Sequence record: DRR723986_4928
DNA length: 64,000 nt
Strand: one strand, 5' to 3'
The position numbers and the translations under genes are program-made. Under the pieces are notes generated by a model, which worked only from the letters and a program-made list of their open reading frames with translations, was not told where the DNA came from and made no database searches. How positions within the stretch are numbered: the first letter of the stretch is position 1; every line of letters begins with the position of its first letter. Positions 1 through 10,247 of the stretch are shown in pieces.

Positions 1-1
1 C

Positions 2-268
2 TTCCCCTTCATCGGCAACGGCAAGGCGATCGCGCTCGGTGCACCGGATGGTTTCGTGAAGACGGTCTTTGACAAGAAGACCGGCGAGCTGCTGGGGGCC
101 CACATGGTCGGCGCGGAAGTCACGGAGCTGATCCAGGGCTATGTCATCGCCCGGCAGGGCGAACTGACCGAGCAGGACCTCGCGCACACTGTGTTCCCGC
201 ATCCGACCCTGTCAGAAATGATGCATGAATCCGTTCTCGACGCGGAAGGCCGGGTCCTCCACATCTAG
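2..268 (+). CDS. lpdA: Dihydrolipoamide dehydrogenase, C-terminal part (truncated by window edge)
   Basis: Frame open from base 2 (FPFIGNGKAIALG); C-terminal HPTLSE active-site motif. Confidence 0.93.
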   Translation, partial: FPFIGNGKAIALGAPDGFVKTVFDKKTGELLGAHMVGAEVTELIQGYVIARQGELTEQDLAHTVFPHPTLSEMMHESVLDAEGRVLHI

Positions 269-347
269 GCCTCAACAGTGGCTTTCTTGCCCTTGCGCTG
301 TCCTGCCTGTTACGCAGGATGCCTCAAGTCATTTTCAGGGGTTCAAG

Positions 348-1487
348 ATGATCGGAAGACTGGCCGCATGTATGGTTGTGGTGGCAGGGCTCGCGGCGTG
401 TGCGCCTGCGCCCGAGGAGGAGAAGCCCGCCGTGACAGAGCCCGTCGCTGACCTGCCGGAACCAAGGGAAGGGGTAGTGACAGATCGCTTCGCCCGCCTC
501 GCGCTTGCCTGTGTACACAAGGAATATCCGAACAAGATCAGTCATCTATTGAATTCGGAGGCCGACGTCGGCGCACCGCACGACCTTTATCCGGCATTTT
601 ATGGTTGTTTCGACTGGCACTCCTCGGTCCACGGCCACTGGCTGCTGGTGCGCATCCTGAACACGGATCCGGAAACGCCCTACCGCGATACGATCATCAA
701 GGCCCTGTCGCAGACCTTCACACCGGAGAACATCGCCGGCGAACTTGCTTACTTTGAAGCGCCTGACCGGAAGAGTTTCGAGCGTCCCTATGGCCAGGCC
801 TGGTTTCTCCAACTGATGAGTGAGTTGCGCGAAGCAGACTTCCCGGAGGCGGCCATATGGGTCGAAACCCTCTCGCCACTCGAAGACCTGATCGAGAAAA
901 ACACCTCTGACTGGCTCGACAAGCTGGTCTATCCCATCCGTATTGGCACCCATAATCAGACAGCTTTCGCCTTTGGCCTGATGCTCGACTGGGCCGACAC
1001 GGCTGAGCGGATGCCGTTTCGTGAGAAGCTCTCCGCGAAAGTACTGGGCTTCCATGAGAAGGACGTGAACTGCCCGCTCTCCTATGAGCCGTCGGGCGAG
1101 GATTTCCTCTCGCCCTGCCTGATGGAAGCTGACGTCATGCGCCGTGTGATGGGTACAGAGCAATACGCCGCCTGGCTCAGCCTGTTCCTGCCTCAAATAC
1201 CGGTGGATGGCAGCGCCGACTGGCTGGAGCCCGGCATGGTTCTGGATCCTTCTGACGGCAAGCTGGTACACCTCGACGGTGTGAACCTCTCCCGCGCCTG
1301 GGCGTTGGAAGGTATCGCCTCGGCTCTTCCAGAAAGTGACCCGCGCCGAACCGCGTTGCTGGCCGCCGCAGCCCGCCACAAAGAGACTGGCATCGCTGCG
1401 GTAAGCGGCACGCACTATTCCGGTGGTCACTGGCTGGCAAGCTTTGCGACCTATCTTGAAACACGGCGAGGCATTCGCGGCGAATGA
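348..1487 (+). CDS. DUF2891 family protein, predicted lipoprotein
   Basis: Motifs FYGCFDWHSSVHGHW, FERPYG, EPSGEDFLSP, HLDGVNLSRAW, HWLASFA; ATG 348 gives a signal peptide with lipobox LAAC; ATGA overlap with next gene. Confidence 0.82.
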   Translation: MIGRLAACMVVVAGLAACAPAPEEEKPAVTEPVADLPEPREGVVTDRFARLALACVHKEYPNKISHLLNSEADVGAPHDLYPAFYGCFDWHSSVHGHWLLVRILNTDPETPYRDTIIKALSQTFTPENIAGELAYFEAPDRKSFERPYGQAWFLQLMSELREADFPEAAIWVETLSPLEDLIEKNTSDWLDKLVYPIRIGTHNQTAFAFGLMLDWADTAERMPFREKLSAKVLGFHEKDVNCPLSYEPSGEDFLSPCLMEADVMRRVMGTEQYAAWLSLFLPQIPVDGSADWLEPGMVLDPSDGKLVHLDGVNLSRAWALEGIASALPESDPRRTALLAAAARHKETGIAAVSGTHYSGGHWLASFATYLETRRGIRGE

Positions 1488-2692
1488 AGCTTTCCGTCGG
1501 CCCCGGAGCGCTCGTTGCCGCGGCCTTCATCGGGCCGGGTACGGTTACAGCCTGTACCATCGCCGGCGCAAACTTCGGCTATGCTCTCATCTGGGCACTC
1601 GTCTTCGCGACGTTTGCCACGATGATCTTGCAGGACATGGCCGCGCGGCTGGGCGTTGCGGGCGGCATGGGTCTCGGCGAGGCACTGGTCGCGCCAGGAA
1701 CGCCCGTAGTTCTGAAATGGCTTTCGGTTGGGCTGGTGCTGGCAGCGCTGGCGCTGGGTAATGCAGCCTATGAGGCGGGTAACCTGTCTGGTGGCGCTCT
1801 GGGAGCCGGGGCTGCGTTCGGCTGGCCTCCGGATGCGCAACGCCTGATCGTGTGGGGGCTGGCGTTACTGGCTGCCGTGTTCCTGCTCATTGGGCGATAC
1901 AAGCTGTTGGAACGACTGCTTGTTGGCCTCGTCCTTCTCATGAGCGTCGCCTTTGCAGGCAGTCTCATTCTCGTCCGTCCGGATTTCGGCGCGTTGGTCA
2001 GCGGTCTCAGGCCCAATTTGCCGGAAGGTAGCTTGCTGACAGCCATTGCCCTGATCGGTACGACTATCGTGCCATACAACCTTTTCCTGCACGCTGCCTC
2101 TGTGCGCGAGAAATGGCCGGAGGGAGGGGAAGGCGCCCTGAATGCAGCAAGCGCAGACACGCGGGTTTCCATCGGTTTCGGCGGCCTTATCTCCATACTT
2201 ATCCTCGCAACGGCCGCGGGCAGCCTTTTTGGCTCCGGTGGGACCATCCACAGTGCGGCAGATATGGCAGCGAGCCTCGAGCCGGCCTACGGCCCTGCAG
2301 CGCGCCTGCTGGTCGGCACTGGCTTATTCGCTGCGGGGCTCTCATCTGCGGTCACTGCACCGCTCGCCACCGCCTATGCTGTGTGCGAGGTTACGCGTTT
2401 GCCGAGGACGGGCAGCGCATTTCGTGCCATCTCGCTTGGTATCCTTGCCATTGGTACGTTGATCGCTTCGTTGGGTTTGAAGCCTGTCAGTCTGATCCTC
2501 ATTGCGCAGGTGGCGAACGGGTTCCTGTTGCCCATCATCGCCGTTTTCCTGATCGTGACCGTGAACCGCAAGTCGATCCTCGGTACTCACGTCAATGGTT
2601 TGGCGAGTAACTTGCTCGGCGGCAGCGTCGTGCTGATCGCAGCAGGCTTTGGCCTTCGACTCATCATGCGGGCCCTCGGAGTTTGGTCATGA
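1484..2692 (+). CDS. NRAMP-family (YcsG-like) transporter, probable 5-oxoproline permease
   Basis: Many hydrophobic segments; AAAFIGPGTVT and GTTIVPYNLFLH motifs; coupled to pxpA as ycsG is in B. subtilis. Confidence 0.82.
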   Translation: MKLSVGPGALVAAAFIGPGTVTACTIAGANFGYALIWALVFATFATMILQDMAARLGVAGGMGLGEALVAPGTPVVLKWLSVGLVLAALALGNAAYEAGNLSGGALGAGAAFGWPPDAQRLIVWGLALLAAVFLLIGRYKLLERLLVGLVLLMSVAFAGSLILVRPDFGALVSGLRPNLPEGSLLTAIALIGTTIVPYNLFLHAASVREKWPEGGEGALNAASADTRVSIGFGGLISILILATAAGSLFGSGGTIHSAADMAASLEPAYGPAARLLVGTGLFAAGLSSAVTAPLATAYAVCEVTRLPRTGSAFRAISLGILAIGTLIASLGLKPVSLILIAQVANGFLLPIIAVFLIVTVNRKSILGTHVNGLASNLLGGSVVLIAAGFGLRLIMRALGVWS

Positions 2693-3444
2693 GCAAGTTC
2701 ATTTGTCTGAACGCCGATGTGGGTGAATTGCCGGGCAACGAAGGCCGGGCCCTGGACCGGGCAATTCTGGACGTCGTGACCCGTTGCAGCATCGCCTGCG
2801 GTGGACACGCCGGAGATGTGGAAACGATGACTGCCACCGTTTGCTCGGCCCGCGACCTGGCAGTGCGCATTGGCGCCCATCCCTCCTATCCCGATAGGGA
2901 AGGGTTTGGCCGTTCTCGCATGAATTTAAGTGATAATGATCTCGCAAGTACGCTTCTGGCCCAGGTTCAGGAGCTTCAGGCTATTGCTTCGGAGCATTAT
3001 TCCGATGTGGCGCACTTGAAGCCGCATGGAGCACTGTACAACGACGCCGCCAAAAGCGAGGCGCTTGCGGAAATAGTTGTTTCCATCTGTCTGGAGACCA
3101 AGATCCCGGAACTAATCGGTCCGCCTGGGTCAGCCTTGCATCACAAAGCACAGCAGGCCGGAGTGTCTTTTGTCGCGGAAGCATTTGCGGACAGGTCTTA
3201 CGAAGCAGATGGCAGCCTTACTCCGCGAACTGAGGAAGGCGCAGTCATTACAGACGAGGCCCGGCAACTGGATCAGGTATTCAGTCTTGTCGAATCTGGA
3301 TCGGTGAGAGCTCGTAGCGGCGAGCGTATCGTCGTGCCTGCGCAAACCATTTGCTTGCATGGAGACACGCCAGGCGCGGCACGGTCTGGGTTGCTATTGA
3401 AGAAAGCGCTCCTGGAGCGTGGTGTATCAATAAAGGCGCAATAG
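2689..3444 (+). CDS. pxpA: 5-oxoprolinase subunit A (LamB/YcsF)
   Basis: LNADVGE, ACGGHAG, HPSYPDREGFGR, HLKPHGALYN, ICLHGDTPGA; ATG 2689 overlaps upstream TGA. Confidence 0.92.
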   Translation: MSKFICLNADVGELPGNEGRALDRAILDVVTRCSIACGGHAGDVETMTATVCSARDLAVRIGAHPSYPDREGFGRSRMNLSDNDLASTLLAQVQELQAIASEHYSDVAHLKPHGALYNDAAKSEALAEIVVSICLETKIPELIGPPGSALHHKAQQAGVSFVAEAFADRSYEADGSLTPRTEEGAVITDEARQLDQVFSLVESGSVRARSGERIVVPAQTICLHGDTPGAARSGLLLKKALLERGVSIKAQ

Positions 3445-3447
3445 GAA

Positions 3448-4080
3448 ATGAAGGATTTCCAGATTTACCTCGTAGGTGATGATGCCGTTGCCGTGCAGCC
3501 GTCAGCCCGGATCGTCAGACACCCGCTTGCACGGTCCCTCCGGTCGTCTGGCGAATGGGTCGATGTTGTGCCGGGCAAGGAGATTGTTGCTGCGCAATTC
3601 AATCCGGCTTCTCTCTCGCCGAAGGATGCTGTTCGACGCATGGAGGCCTGGCTTGAAGGTTTTCACGCTGATTCCGATCAGGAAGAGGAGGTGGTGGATC
3701 TGCACCTTGATACTTCCAGCGCCAATGCACCTGATCTTGAACACCTGGCGGCCAGCAATGAGCTTTCGCCAGCTGCATTTCTTGAAAAGGTCACGCAAAG
3801 CGAGCTTGTCGTCGATATGCTCGGATTTACACCGGGTTTTGCCTACGTCGAAGGCTTGGATCCGGTCTTGAAAGCTGAGCGTCTAGCAGTTCCCCGGCAG
3901 AGGGTGGCGGCAGGATCCGTTGGTCTGCTCCAGGGGCAACTGGGTCTTTACGGTCTTTCCGGTCCCGGGGGGTGGCCAATCATTGGTCGGCTGACGAACA
4001 GATTGTTCGACCCACATCGCGAGCGTCCATTCCTGTTAACGGAAAGCATGCGTATCCGCCTGAACCTGTTGGGTCGCTGA
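3448..4080 (+). CDS. pxpB: 5-oxoprolinase subunit B (KipI-like)
   Basis: GFTPGFAY, PRQRVAAGSVG, PGGWPIIG motifs; operon context. Confidence 0.88.
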   Translation: MKDFQIYLVGDDAVAVQPSARIVRHPLARSLRSSGEWVDVVPGKEIVAAQFNPASLSPKDAVRRMEAWLEGFHADSDQEEEVVDLHLDTSSANAPDLEHLAASNELSPAAFLEKVTQSELVVDMLGFTPGFAYVEGLDPVLKAERLAVPRQRVAAGSVGLLQGQLGLYGLSGPGGWPIIGRLTNRLFDPHRERPFLLTESMRIRLNLLGR

Positions 4081-4081
4081 T

Positions 4082-5011
4082 ATGAGCTTTGAAGTTCTGA
4101 AGCCCGGTATCCAGGCATCATTGCAAGCGGCTCCCAGACAACAAATGCGCCACTTCGGTGTGCCAGCATCGGGACCAGCTGATCCGCTTTCCATGGCACT
4201 CGCCAACAAGCTGGTTGGCAATGCGCTTGATGAATGTTCGCTCGAATGTCCGCTCGGAATGGTATCGCTCAAGGCGAGGGCAGACAGCTCAATTGCGATC
4301 ACTGGTGCTCAGGTGGCAGCACATATTGGAAACCGTGTCATTGGAATGCATCGGACTCTCGTTGTTAAGGCAGGAGAGACAATTACGATTGGAGCGCCTG
4401 AGGCTGGCGCCAGAGTATACCTCGCGGTTGCCGGTGGATTTACAGGTGACGAATTTCTCGGAAGCCGCTCCACCTGTTTGCCAGCTGGATTTGGTGGTCT
4501 GGCCGGGCGAGCATTGAATGCTGGAGACATTATCAGCACAAATAGCAAACCTATTGCGACAAGCTCGTTGGAAACGCCTGGCAGAATGCAACAAGAATTC
4601 CAGCGCAGTTATGCGCTGAGATGTGTTCCGGGACCGGATGCAGACAAGATCACCGGTTGGGAAGCGCATCAGGATTTCGTCGCAACCCGTCGCGCAGACC
4701 GGACTGGAATCGAAATCTCTGGATCATGGCCCAAGCCAGACCAAGCGGCGATGAAGGCAAGCGCGCCTGTCTTTCCCGGTGCTGTCCAGTTGACGCCGGC
4801 AGGCGCAGCCTTCGTATTGCTTCCGGATGCGCAGACGACGGGCGGCTATCCACACATCTTGCAAGTGGCCCGCGTGGACCGGCATCTGTTAGGTCAAATC
4901 CGTCCTGGGGATCGCATTCAATTCCTGCTCAGGAGTCCGGACGATACCGCCAGGGAACTGCGCGAAAAATTGGAATTTTTCCGGGACTGGCTACCGGACC
5001 TGATCCTCTAA
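4082..5011 (+). CDS. pxpC: 5-oxoprolinase subunit C (KipA-like)
   Basis: GVPASGPAD, ANKLVGN, GARVYLAVAGG, DAQTTGGYP motifs. Confidence 0.9.
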   Translation: MSFEVLKPGIQASLQAAPRQQMRHFGVPASGPADPLSMALANKLVGNALDECSLECPLGMVSLKARADSSIAITGAQVAAHIGNRVIGMHRTLVVKAGETITIGAPEAGARVYLAVAGGFTGDEFLGSRSTCLPAGFGGLAGRALNAGDIISTNSKPIATSSLETPGRMQQEFQRSYALRCVPGPDADKITGWEAHQDFVATRRADRTGIEISGSWPKPDQAAMKASAPVFPGAVQLTPAGAAFVLLPDAQTTGGYPHILQVARVDRHLLGQIRPGDRIQFLLRSPDDTARELREKLEFFRDWLPDLIL

Positions 5012-5157
5012 AGCGGTTTATCCTCATCAATGAGGATGCGGTTTGCAGAACCGGCAGGGTCATCGAACTGGCCGGTGCGAACAGACCAGATAAACGCCCC
5101 AAGACCTAAGAGGCCCATGAACAGCGCGATCGGGATGAGAAAGAGAATACCGCTCAA
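5008..5157 (-). CDS. ccoS: cbb3 oxidase assembly protein CcoS/FixS, 49 aa (not in ORF track)
   Basis: Read by hand from TTG 5157: MSGILFLIPIALFMGLLGLGAFIWSVRTGQFDDPAGSANRILIDEDKPL*; GQFDD motif; directly after ccoI. Confidence 0.92.
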   Translation of the reverse strand: MSGILFLIPIALFMGLLGLGAFIWSVRTGQFDDPAGSANRILIDEDKPL

Positions 5158-5158
5158 A

Positions 5159-7375
5159 TCACTTTCCTTCCGTAAAAGCAGCCAGCCTGATGGCGTTCAA
5201 TGACACAGCCACAGATGAGAAGGACATCGCAAGCGCAGCAACCAGTGGCGTTGCATGTCCTGTTACGGCGATCGGTATGGCTACCAGATTGTACAGCGCT
5301 GCAAATGTGAAGTTTTCGAGCATCACGCTGCGCGTCCGTTTCGAGATTTTCAGCAAAACCGGCAGTGAGGAAATGCCCCCTGAATAGACAGCATCGCTTG
5401 CGGCCTGGCTGATATCGATGGCCGTGCCTGGCGTAACTGACGCATGGGCCAATGAGAGTGCCCCGGCATCATTGAGGCCATCGCCCACCATGAGGACTTT
5501 GTGTCCCTGGTCGCGAAGGGCTTCGAGCCGGGCGGCCTTTTCCTGCGGGGATGCCGCAGATGTGTAGTCTGACACGCCAAGCTCGCGGGCAACTTCGGAC
5601 ACCCTGTCTTCCGTGTCGCCGGATAGTATCTCCGTCTGATAGCCGGCAGCTTCAAGTGCCTTGATCGCATCATCGGTTCCCGGGATCAGGCGGTCTGCAA
5701 ACTCCAGCGCGATCGGCATTTCATCACCGCGCTGGAGATAGAGGTTGCGTGTGTGCGAAGCATCTTGGTTCAAACCAACCCAGCGACCGGACCCAAGGCG
5801 CCAAAGCTGACCTTCAATGGTTGCTTCCAGTCCGCAACCGGGAATTTCTTTCACATTCGGTGCGACAGGCCCCGGTCCTGCGGCGTCAGAAATGGCGCGG
5901 GATAGTGGATGACGACTGGATCTCGCCAGTAGGGCAGCGTCTGCGATGGTATTTTCGTCGGTTTCATCACTGAGTTGGGGAATGCCCAAAGACAAAGTCC
6001 CGGTTTTATCCAACACGATCCGGTCAACCGACGCGAAACGCTCAAGCGCGTCCCCGGATTTCAGGAATATGCCCAGCTGGAACAGCTTGCCGGCGGCAAC
6101 GACATGTGCGACCGGTGCGGCAAGCGCCAGGGCGCAGGGGCAGGTGATGATGAGCGTGGAAACCGCAATCAGAATGGATTCCCGGAACCCGGCACCCGCC
6201 AGCATCCACCCGATAAAAGTAAGTGCCGCTGCAGAGTGAACGAAAGGCACGTAGAGGGCGACGGCCTTGTCCGCGATCTTGCGATAGGCAGACCGTCTCT
6301 GCTCTCCAGCATCCAGCATCCGGCCAATGTCGGCGAGCAGGGAGTCTGAAGCCCGGGATAGGGCTTTGGCCTGCACCGGACCGGACAAATTGACTGCGCC
6401 AGCGTATATCCGCATGCCTTTTGACAGGACATGCGGGGCGCTTTCCCCGGTCACCAGGCTTTCGTCGAGTTCGCAGAACTCGTCAGAGAGAGCCATATCG
6501 ACGACCGCCCGTTCACCCTGGGACAACAGGATCGTGTCGCCAGGGGCCACAACGCCGGGGTTCACCTTGATCGCATTTCCATCGCAGTCGATCCGCGTAA
6601 CGGCGCGGTTGGACATGCCAGCCAGATCATTTGCAGCGGAACAGGCTCGCCTGCGGACACGCGCTTCGAGAAAGCGGCCGATCAACAGGAAGAAGATCAG
6701 CATGGCGGCGGCGTCGAAATACGCGTGCTCTCCGCCGCGAATGGTTTCTACGACGCTGACCGTGAAGGCCAGGGTGATCGCGAGAGAAATAGGGACATCC
6801 ATATTCGCCCGCCCGCGCTTCAGCACAGACCAGGCGGAACGGAAGAAAGGCCTGCCTGAGAATGCGACCGCCGGAAGAGCGATCACACCGGATATGGCAT
6901 GCATGATTTGTTTCGTGTTGGACCCCATCTCTCCTGCGCCGGCCCAGACCGATACTGAGAGCAGCATGATGTTTGCTGCAGCAAAGGCCGCGACGCCCAT
7001 GGCCAGCAGAAGTTCACGCTCTTCCTTACGCTGGACCTCCTCCGCATCCGTTTCGGCGGCGGCGCTGACGCCATAGCCCAGACCAGAAACTGTTTCCGCG
7101 ATCTCTGAAGCGGGCAGCCCCCCCTGCCAGGTGATGTCGAACTTTCCTGTCGACAGGTTCAGTCGCGCATCCGAGACACCCTCCAGCGCCCCGACAGACT
7201 TCTCGATCTTGGCAAGGCATCCAGCGCACTTTGCGCCGGACACATGAAGTTCGAGATGTTGGGATTTGCCATTTTTCTGCACAAATGCAGACAGGCCCGC
7301 AAATGGCGACTCCTGTTCTGGTGTGTCGCCGAGGGACCAGTCTCGCGTATGAGCGAGGACGTCCGACGTGCTCAT
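5159..7375 (-). CDS. ccoI: Cu-translocating P1B-type ATPase CcoI/FixI
   Basis: HMA CAGC, TGES, CPC, DKTGT, GDGLND motifs; position in ccoGHIS. Confidence 0.93.
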   Translation of the reverse strand: MSTSDVLAHTRDWSLGDTPEQESPFAGLSAFVQKNGKSQHLELHVSGAKCAGCLAKIEKSVGALEGVSDARLNLSTGKFDITWQGGLPASEIAETVSGLGYGVSAAAETDAEEVQRKEERELLLAMGVAAFAAANIMLLSVSVWAGAGEMGSNTKQIMHAISGVIALPAVAFSGRPFFRSAWSVLKRGRANMDVPISLAITLAFTVSVVETIRGGEHAYFDAAAMLIFFLLIGRFLEARVRRRACSAANDLAGMSNRAVTRIDCDGNAIKVNPGVVAPGDTILLSQGERAVVDMALSDEFCELDESLVTGESAPHVLSKGMRIYAGAVNLSGPVQAKALSRASDSLLADIGRMLDAGEQRRSAYRKIADKAVALYVPFVHSAAALTFIGWMLAGAGFRESILIAVSTLIITCPCALALAAPVAHVVAAGKLFQLGIFLKSGDALERFASVDRIVLDKTGTLSLGIPQLSDETDENTIADAALLARSSRHPLSRAISDAAGPGPVAPNVKEIPGCGLEATIEGQLWRLGSGRWVGLNQDASHTRNLYLQRGDEMPIALEFADRLIPGTDDAIKALEAAGYQTEILSGDTEDRVSEVARELGVSDYTSAASPQEKAARLEALRDQGHKVLMVGDGLNDAGALSLAHASVTPGTAIDISQAASDAVYSGGISSLPVLLKISKRTRSVMLENFTFAALYNLVAIPIAVTGHATPLVAALAMSFSSVAVSLNAIRLAAFTEGK

Positions 7376-7881
7376 GGAATGATCAGCTTCTTGCTCGCTA
7401 CAAACTCAACCGCATCCGTACCATAAGGCACACTGGCTTGCACGCGTACTTCCCAGACGCCTTTGTCGAGCAGAGAGATATCAGCAAAATAATCGCCATC
7501 CATGCCGCGCTGAAGGTCAATCGGCACGTCTTCAGTACCGGTCACCGTGCGGCGCAACTGGGCCTCGATATCCTGCGCAGGCAGCGGAGATCCGTCGATA
7601 TCAAGGAACCGGACCACCAAACGGTCTCCGGTCTCTGTTGGCGTCAGGCCGATCTGGGCAGACCAGCCCTGTTCTTCCTGAATCCGGCGGGCAGAGATCG
7701 CTTCATTGTAGTGGAGCCCTTGCAGGTAGGACTTCTGCTCTTCCTCGCCCGGGAAGGAACTGAGCGCCGCCCAGAGAAAGATGCCGTTCACAATGAACAT
7801 GAAGCCGAAGAAGGCACTCAGCAGCATGAAAACATGCCAGCCCGTGAGCCGGAAAGGTTTGCGAGTTGCTGTCGCAGGCAT
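7372..7881 (-). CDS. ccoH: FixH/CcoH protein
   Basis: LTGWHV plus single TM, SFPG motif; between ccoG and ccoI. Confidence 0.88.
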   Translation of the reverse strand: MPATATRKPFRLTGWHVFMLLSAFFGFMFIVNGIFLWAALSSFPGEEEQKSYLQGLHYNEAISARRIQEEQGWSAQIGLTPTETGDRLVVRFLDIDGSPLPAQDIEAQLRRTVTGTEDVPIDLQRGMDGDYFADISLLDKGVWEVRVQASVPYGTDAVEFVASKKLIIP

Positions 7882-9326
7882 CAGTTGCCTCCCTGAACAA
7901 AGACGGCAGCCGCATCTTCCACTTCGCCGGTCTCGGTATCCCGGACAAGGACGGTGTAGTCGACACGTGGAGAGGTATCATCAGAACTGCGGGTTACCAG
8001 CATACGGAACCTGGAAACACCATGGCCGTTGAGATCCAGTTCGACTGTACCGTCGCTTTCTGTTTCAAGGCCGACCATCTGAAGCGTCGCGCCGTCGAGA
8101 CCTTCGATTTCGATTGCCACATGGCGTTTGGAGGCGGCCTTGTTGACCAGTTTAAGCGTGTAACCGTTACGGATATCGCCATCAGAAAGGCGAACGAAAG
8201 GCGGCGAGCGATCCTTCAGCACGTTCACTTCGAACGTCGACTTATTGAAGTAACCAAAACCAACCATTGAGGCGATGATCAGCATCAGCGCGGCATACAG
8301 GATGGTTCGCACACGAAAGATCTTGTAGGTCGGCTTACGGCCTGCTGCACGGTCCGCGACCGCGATGTCTGTATCGTACGCGATCAGACCGGTCGGGCGA
8401 CCGATCTTCTTCATGATATCGTCGCAGGCATCAATGCAAAGCGCGCAGTGAATGCACTCAAGCTGAGCGCCATCGCGGATGTCGATACCCATCGGGCAGA
8501 CCTGCACGCATTGCTTGCAGTCGATGCAATCGCCGCGGCCTTCCCAGCTTTCATCCTTGCGGTGCGGTCCGCGGGGTTCCCCGCGGTCGAACCGATAGGT
8601 CACGTTCAGCGCGTTCTCATCAGTCAGTGCGCCCTGAATACGTGGCCATGGGCACATATAAGTGCAGACCTGTTCCCGCATCCAGCCAGCCAGAAAATAG
8701 GTTGTGAAGGTCAGAATGCCTGCGAAGAAGTACGCTGTGAGCGGCGCTTCGCCTGTGAACCAGCCTTTCGCGACAGTTGGCGCATCGTGCCAGTAAAGGA
8801 CGAAAGCGCCCCCCGTCCAGAATGCGATGACCAGCCAGATGAGATGTTTGCCGAGCTTCCGCCATGCTTTGTTGAAGGACCAGGGTTGTGCATCAAGGCG
8901 CATCCGGGCTGCGCGGTCGCCTTCGAACGCTCGTTCAACCCAGATATAAAGGTCGGTCCAGACCGTTTGAGGGCAGGTGTAACCGCACCATGCTCGACCG
9001 AACAGAGATGTCACCAAGAAGAGTCCGAGCGTGCCGATAATAAGCAGCCCGGCCAGATAATAGAGTTCCTGAGGCCAGATCTCAAACCAGAAGAAATAGA
9101 ACTTTTCTCCCTCGAAATCCGCAAGAACGGCCTGATCTGGAATACCTTCACCGCGGTTCCAGCGGATCCAGGGAAGGGCATAATAGATGCCCAGGGTGAC
9201 GGCCATCACAACCCACTTGATCATACGGAACTTGCCATGGGCAAGCTTCGGGTAGATCTGCTTCCGTCCTTCATAAAGAGACGGTGGCGTCGAGTTGGAC
9301 TTCGTGTGATCGATGACAGTCGTCAT
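7881..9326 (-). CDS. ccoG: CcoG/FixG 4Fe-4S membrane protein
   Basis: GRAWCGYTCPQT, CTYMCPW, two CxxCxxCxxxC ferredoxin motifs. Confidence 0.95.
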   Translation of the reverse strand: MTTVIDHTKSNSTPPSLYEGRKQIYPKLAHGKFRMIKWVVMAVTLGIYYALPWIRWNRGEGIPDQAVLADFEGEKFYFFWFEIWPQELYYLAGLLIIGTLGLFLVTSLFGRAWCGYTCPQTVWTDLYIWVERAFEGDRAARMRLDAQPWSFNKAWRKLGKHLIWLVIAFWTGGAFVLYWHDAPTVAKGWFTGEAPLTAYFFAGILTFTTYFLAGWMREQVCTYMCPWPRIQGALTDENALNVTYRFDRGEPRGPHRKDESWEGRGDCIDCKQCVQVCPMGIDIRDGAQLECIHCALCIDACDDIMKKIGRPTGLIAYDTDIAVADRAAGRKPTYKIFRVRTILYAALMLIIASMVGFGYFNKSTFEVNVLKDRSPPFVRLSDGDIRNGYTLKLVNKAASKRHVAIEIEGLDGATLQMVGLETESDGTVELDLNGHGVSRFRMLVTRSSDDTSPRVDYTVLVRDTETGEVEDAAAVFVQGGN

Positions 9327-9359
9327 TACCTGGGCACCAAATTACTTCGAATACTCGTG

Positions 9360-10247
9360 TTACTCACCACCACCGAGGGAATGCACGTAAACGGCCAGTG
9401 CCTTGATGGTAGCGTCGTCGAGACGACCCTGCCAAGCCGGCATATGGGAATTACGGGCATTCGCGATGGTGGCGCGGATGTCGTCAGGACTCGAACCATA
9501 TAGCCACTCGGCGTCGGTGAGGTTCGGGGCGCCGACATCACGGGAACCCTCTGCGTCCATGCCGTGGCAGCTTGCGCAGTTCGTAAGGAACAGTTCGTCC
9601 CCACGAGCCACGGCAGCGGCGTTGGCTTCATGACCGCTGACGCTGAGGACATACTGCACCAGGTCATCGATCTGCGCTGACGTCAGCAGGCCGTCGCGGC
9701 CGAAAGCCGGCATGGCGGAAAACCGGGTGTCCGGATCTTCCTCATGACGGATGCCATGACGAAGCGTCTGCTCGATCCCATCCAGCGTACCGTCCCACAG
9801 CCATACATCGTCTGCCAGCATTGGGTAGCCTTTGGCACCGCGTCCGCCAGAGCCGTGGCAGGTCGCGCAGTTATCGCCGAAAGCACTTTCACCCATAGCC
9901 ATCGCGAACTGCTGCAGGTCCAGATTGTTCTGAATGTCCTGCAGCGACGCATCCAGCAGCTGAGCAGAAGCGGCGCTGCGTTCAGCGTGAAGCGAAGCGA
10001 CACTTTCGGCCACGGCATCTCGGTCTGACATGCCGAGCACACCGGGAGTGTTCCGGCCACCCATGCCTGGAAGCGACGGCAGGGCTGGCATGGCGATCAT
10101 GTAGAGGATCGCCCAGAAGATCGTGCCATACCAGATATACAGCCACCAGCGGGGAAGGGGGTTGTTAAGCTCCTTGATGCCGTCCCAGGAATGGCCGGTT
10201 GTTTCCACACCGGACAGGGCATCAACTTCCTTGTCGGTCTCACTCAT
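9360..10247 (-). CDS. ccoP: cbb3 cytochrome c oxidase subunit III
   Basis: TTGHSWDGIKELNNPLPRWW; two CxxCH motifs; start set at MSETD (10247) after a GGAG RBS. Confidence 0.95.
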   Translation of the reverse strand: MSETDKEVDALSGVETTGHSWDGIKELNNPLPRWWLYIWYGTIFWAILYMIAMPALPSLPGMGGRNTPGVLGMSDRDAVAESVASLHAERSAASAQLLDASLQDIQNNLDLQQFAMAMGESAFGDNCATCHGSGGRGAKGYPMLADDVWLWDGTLDGIEQTLRHGIRHEEDPDTRFSAMPAFGRDGLLTSAQIDDLVQYVLSVSGHEANAAAVARGDELFLTNCASCHGMDAEGSRDVGAPNLTDAEWLYGSSPDDIRATIANARNSHMPAWQGRLDDATIKALAVYVHSLGGGE

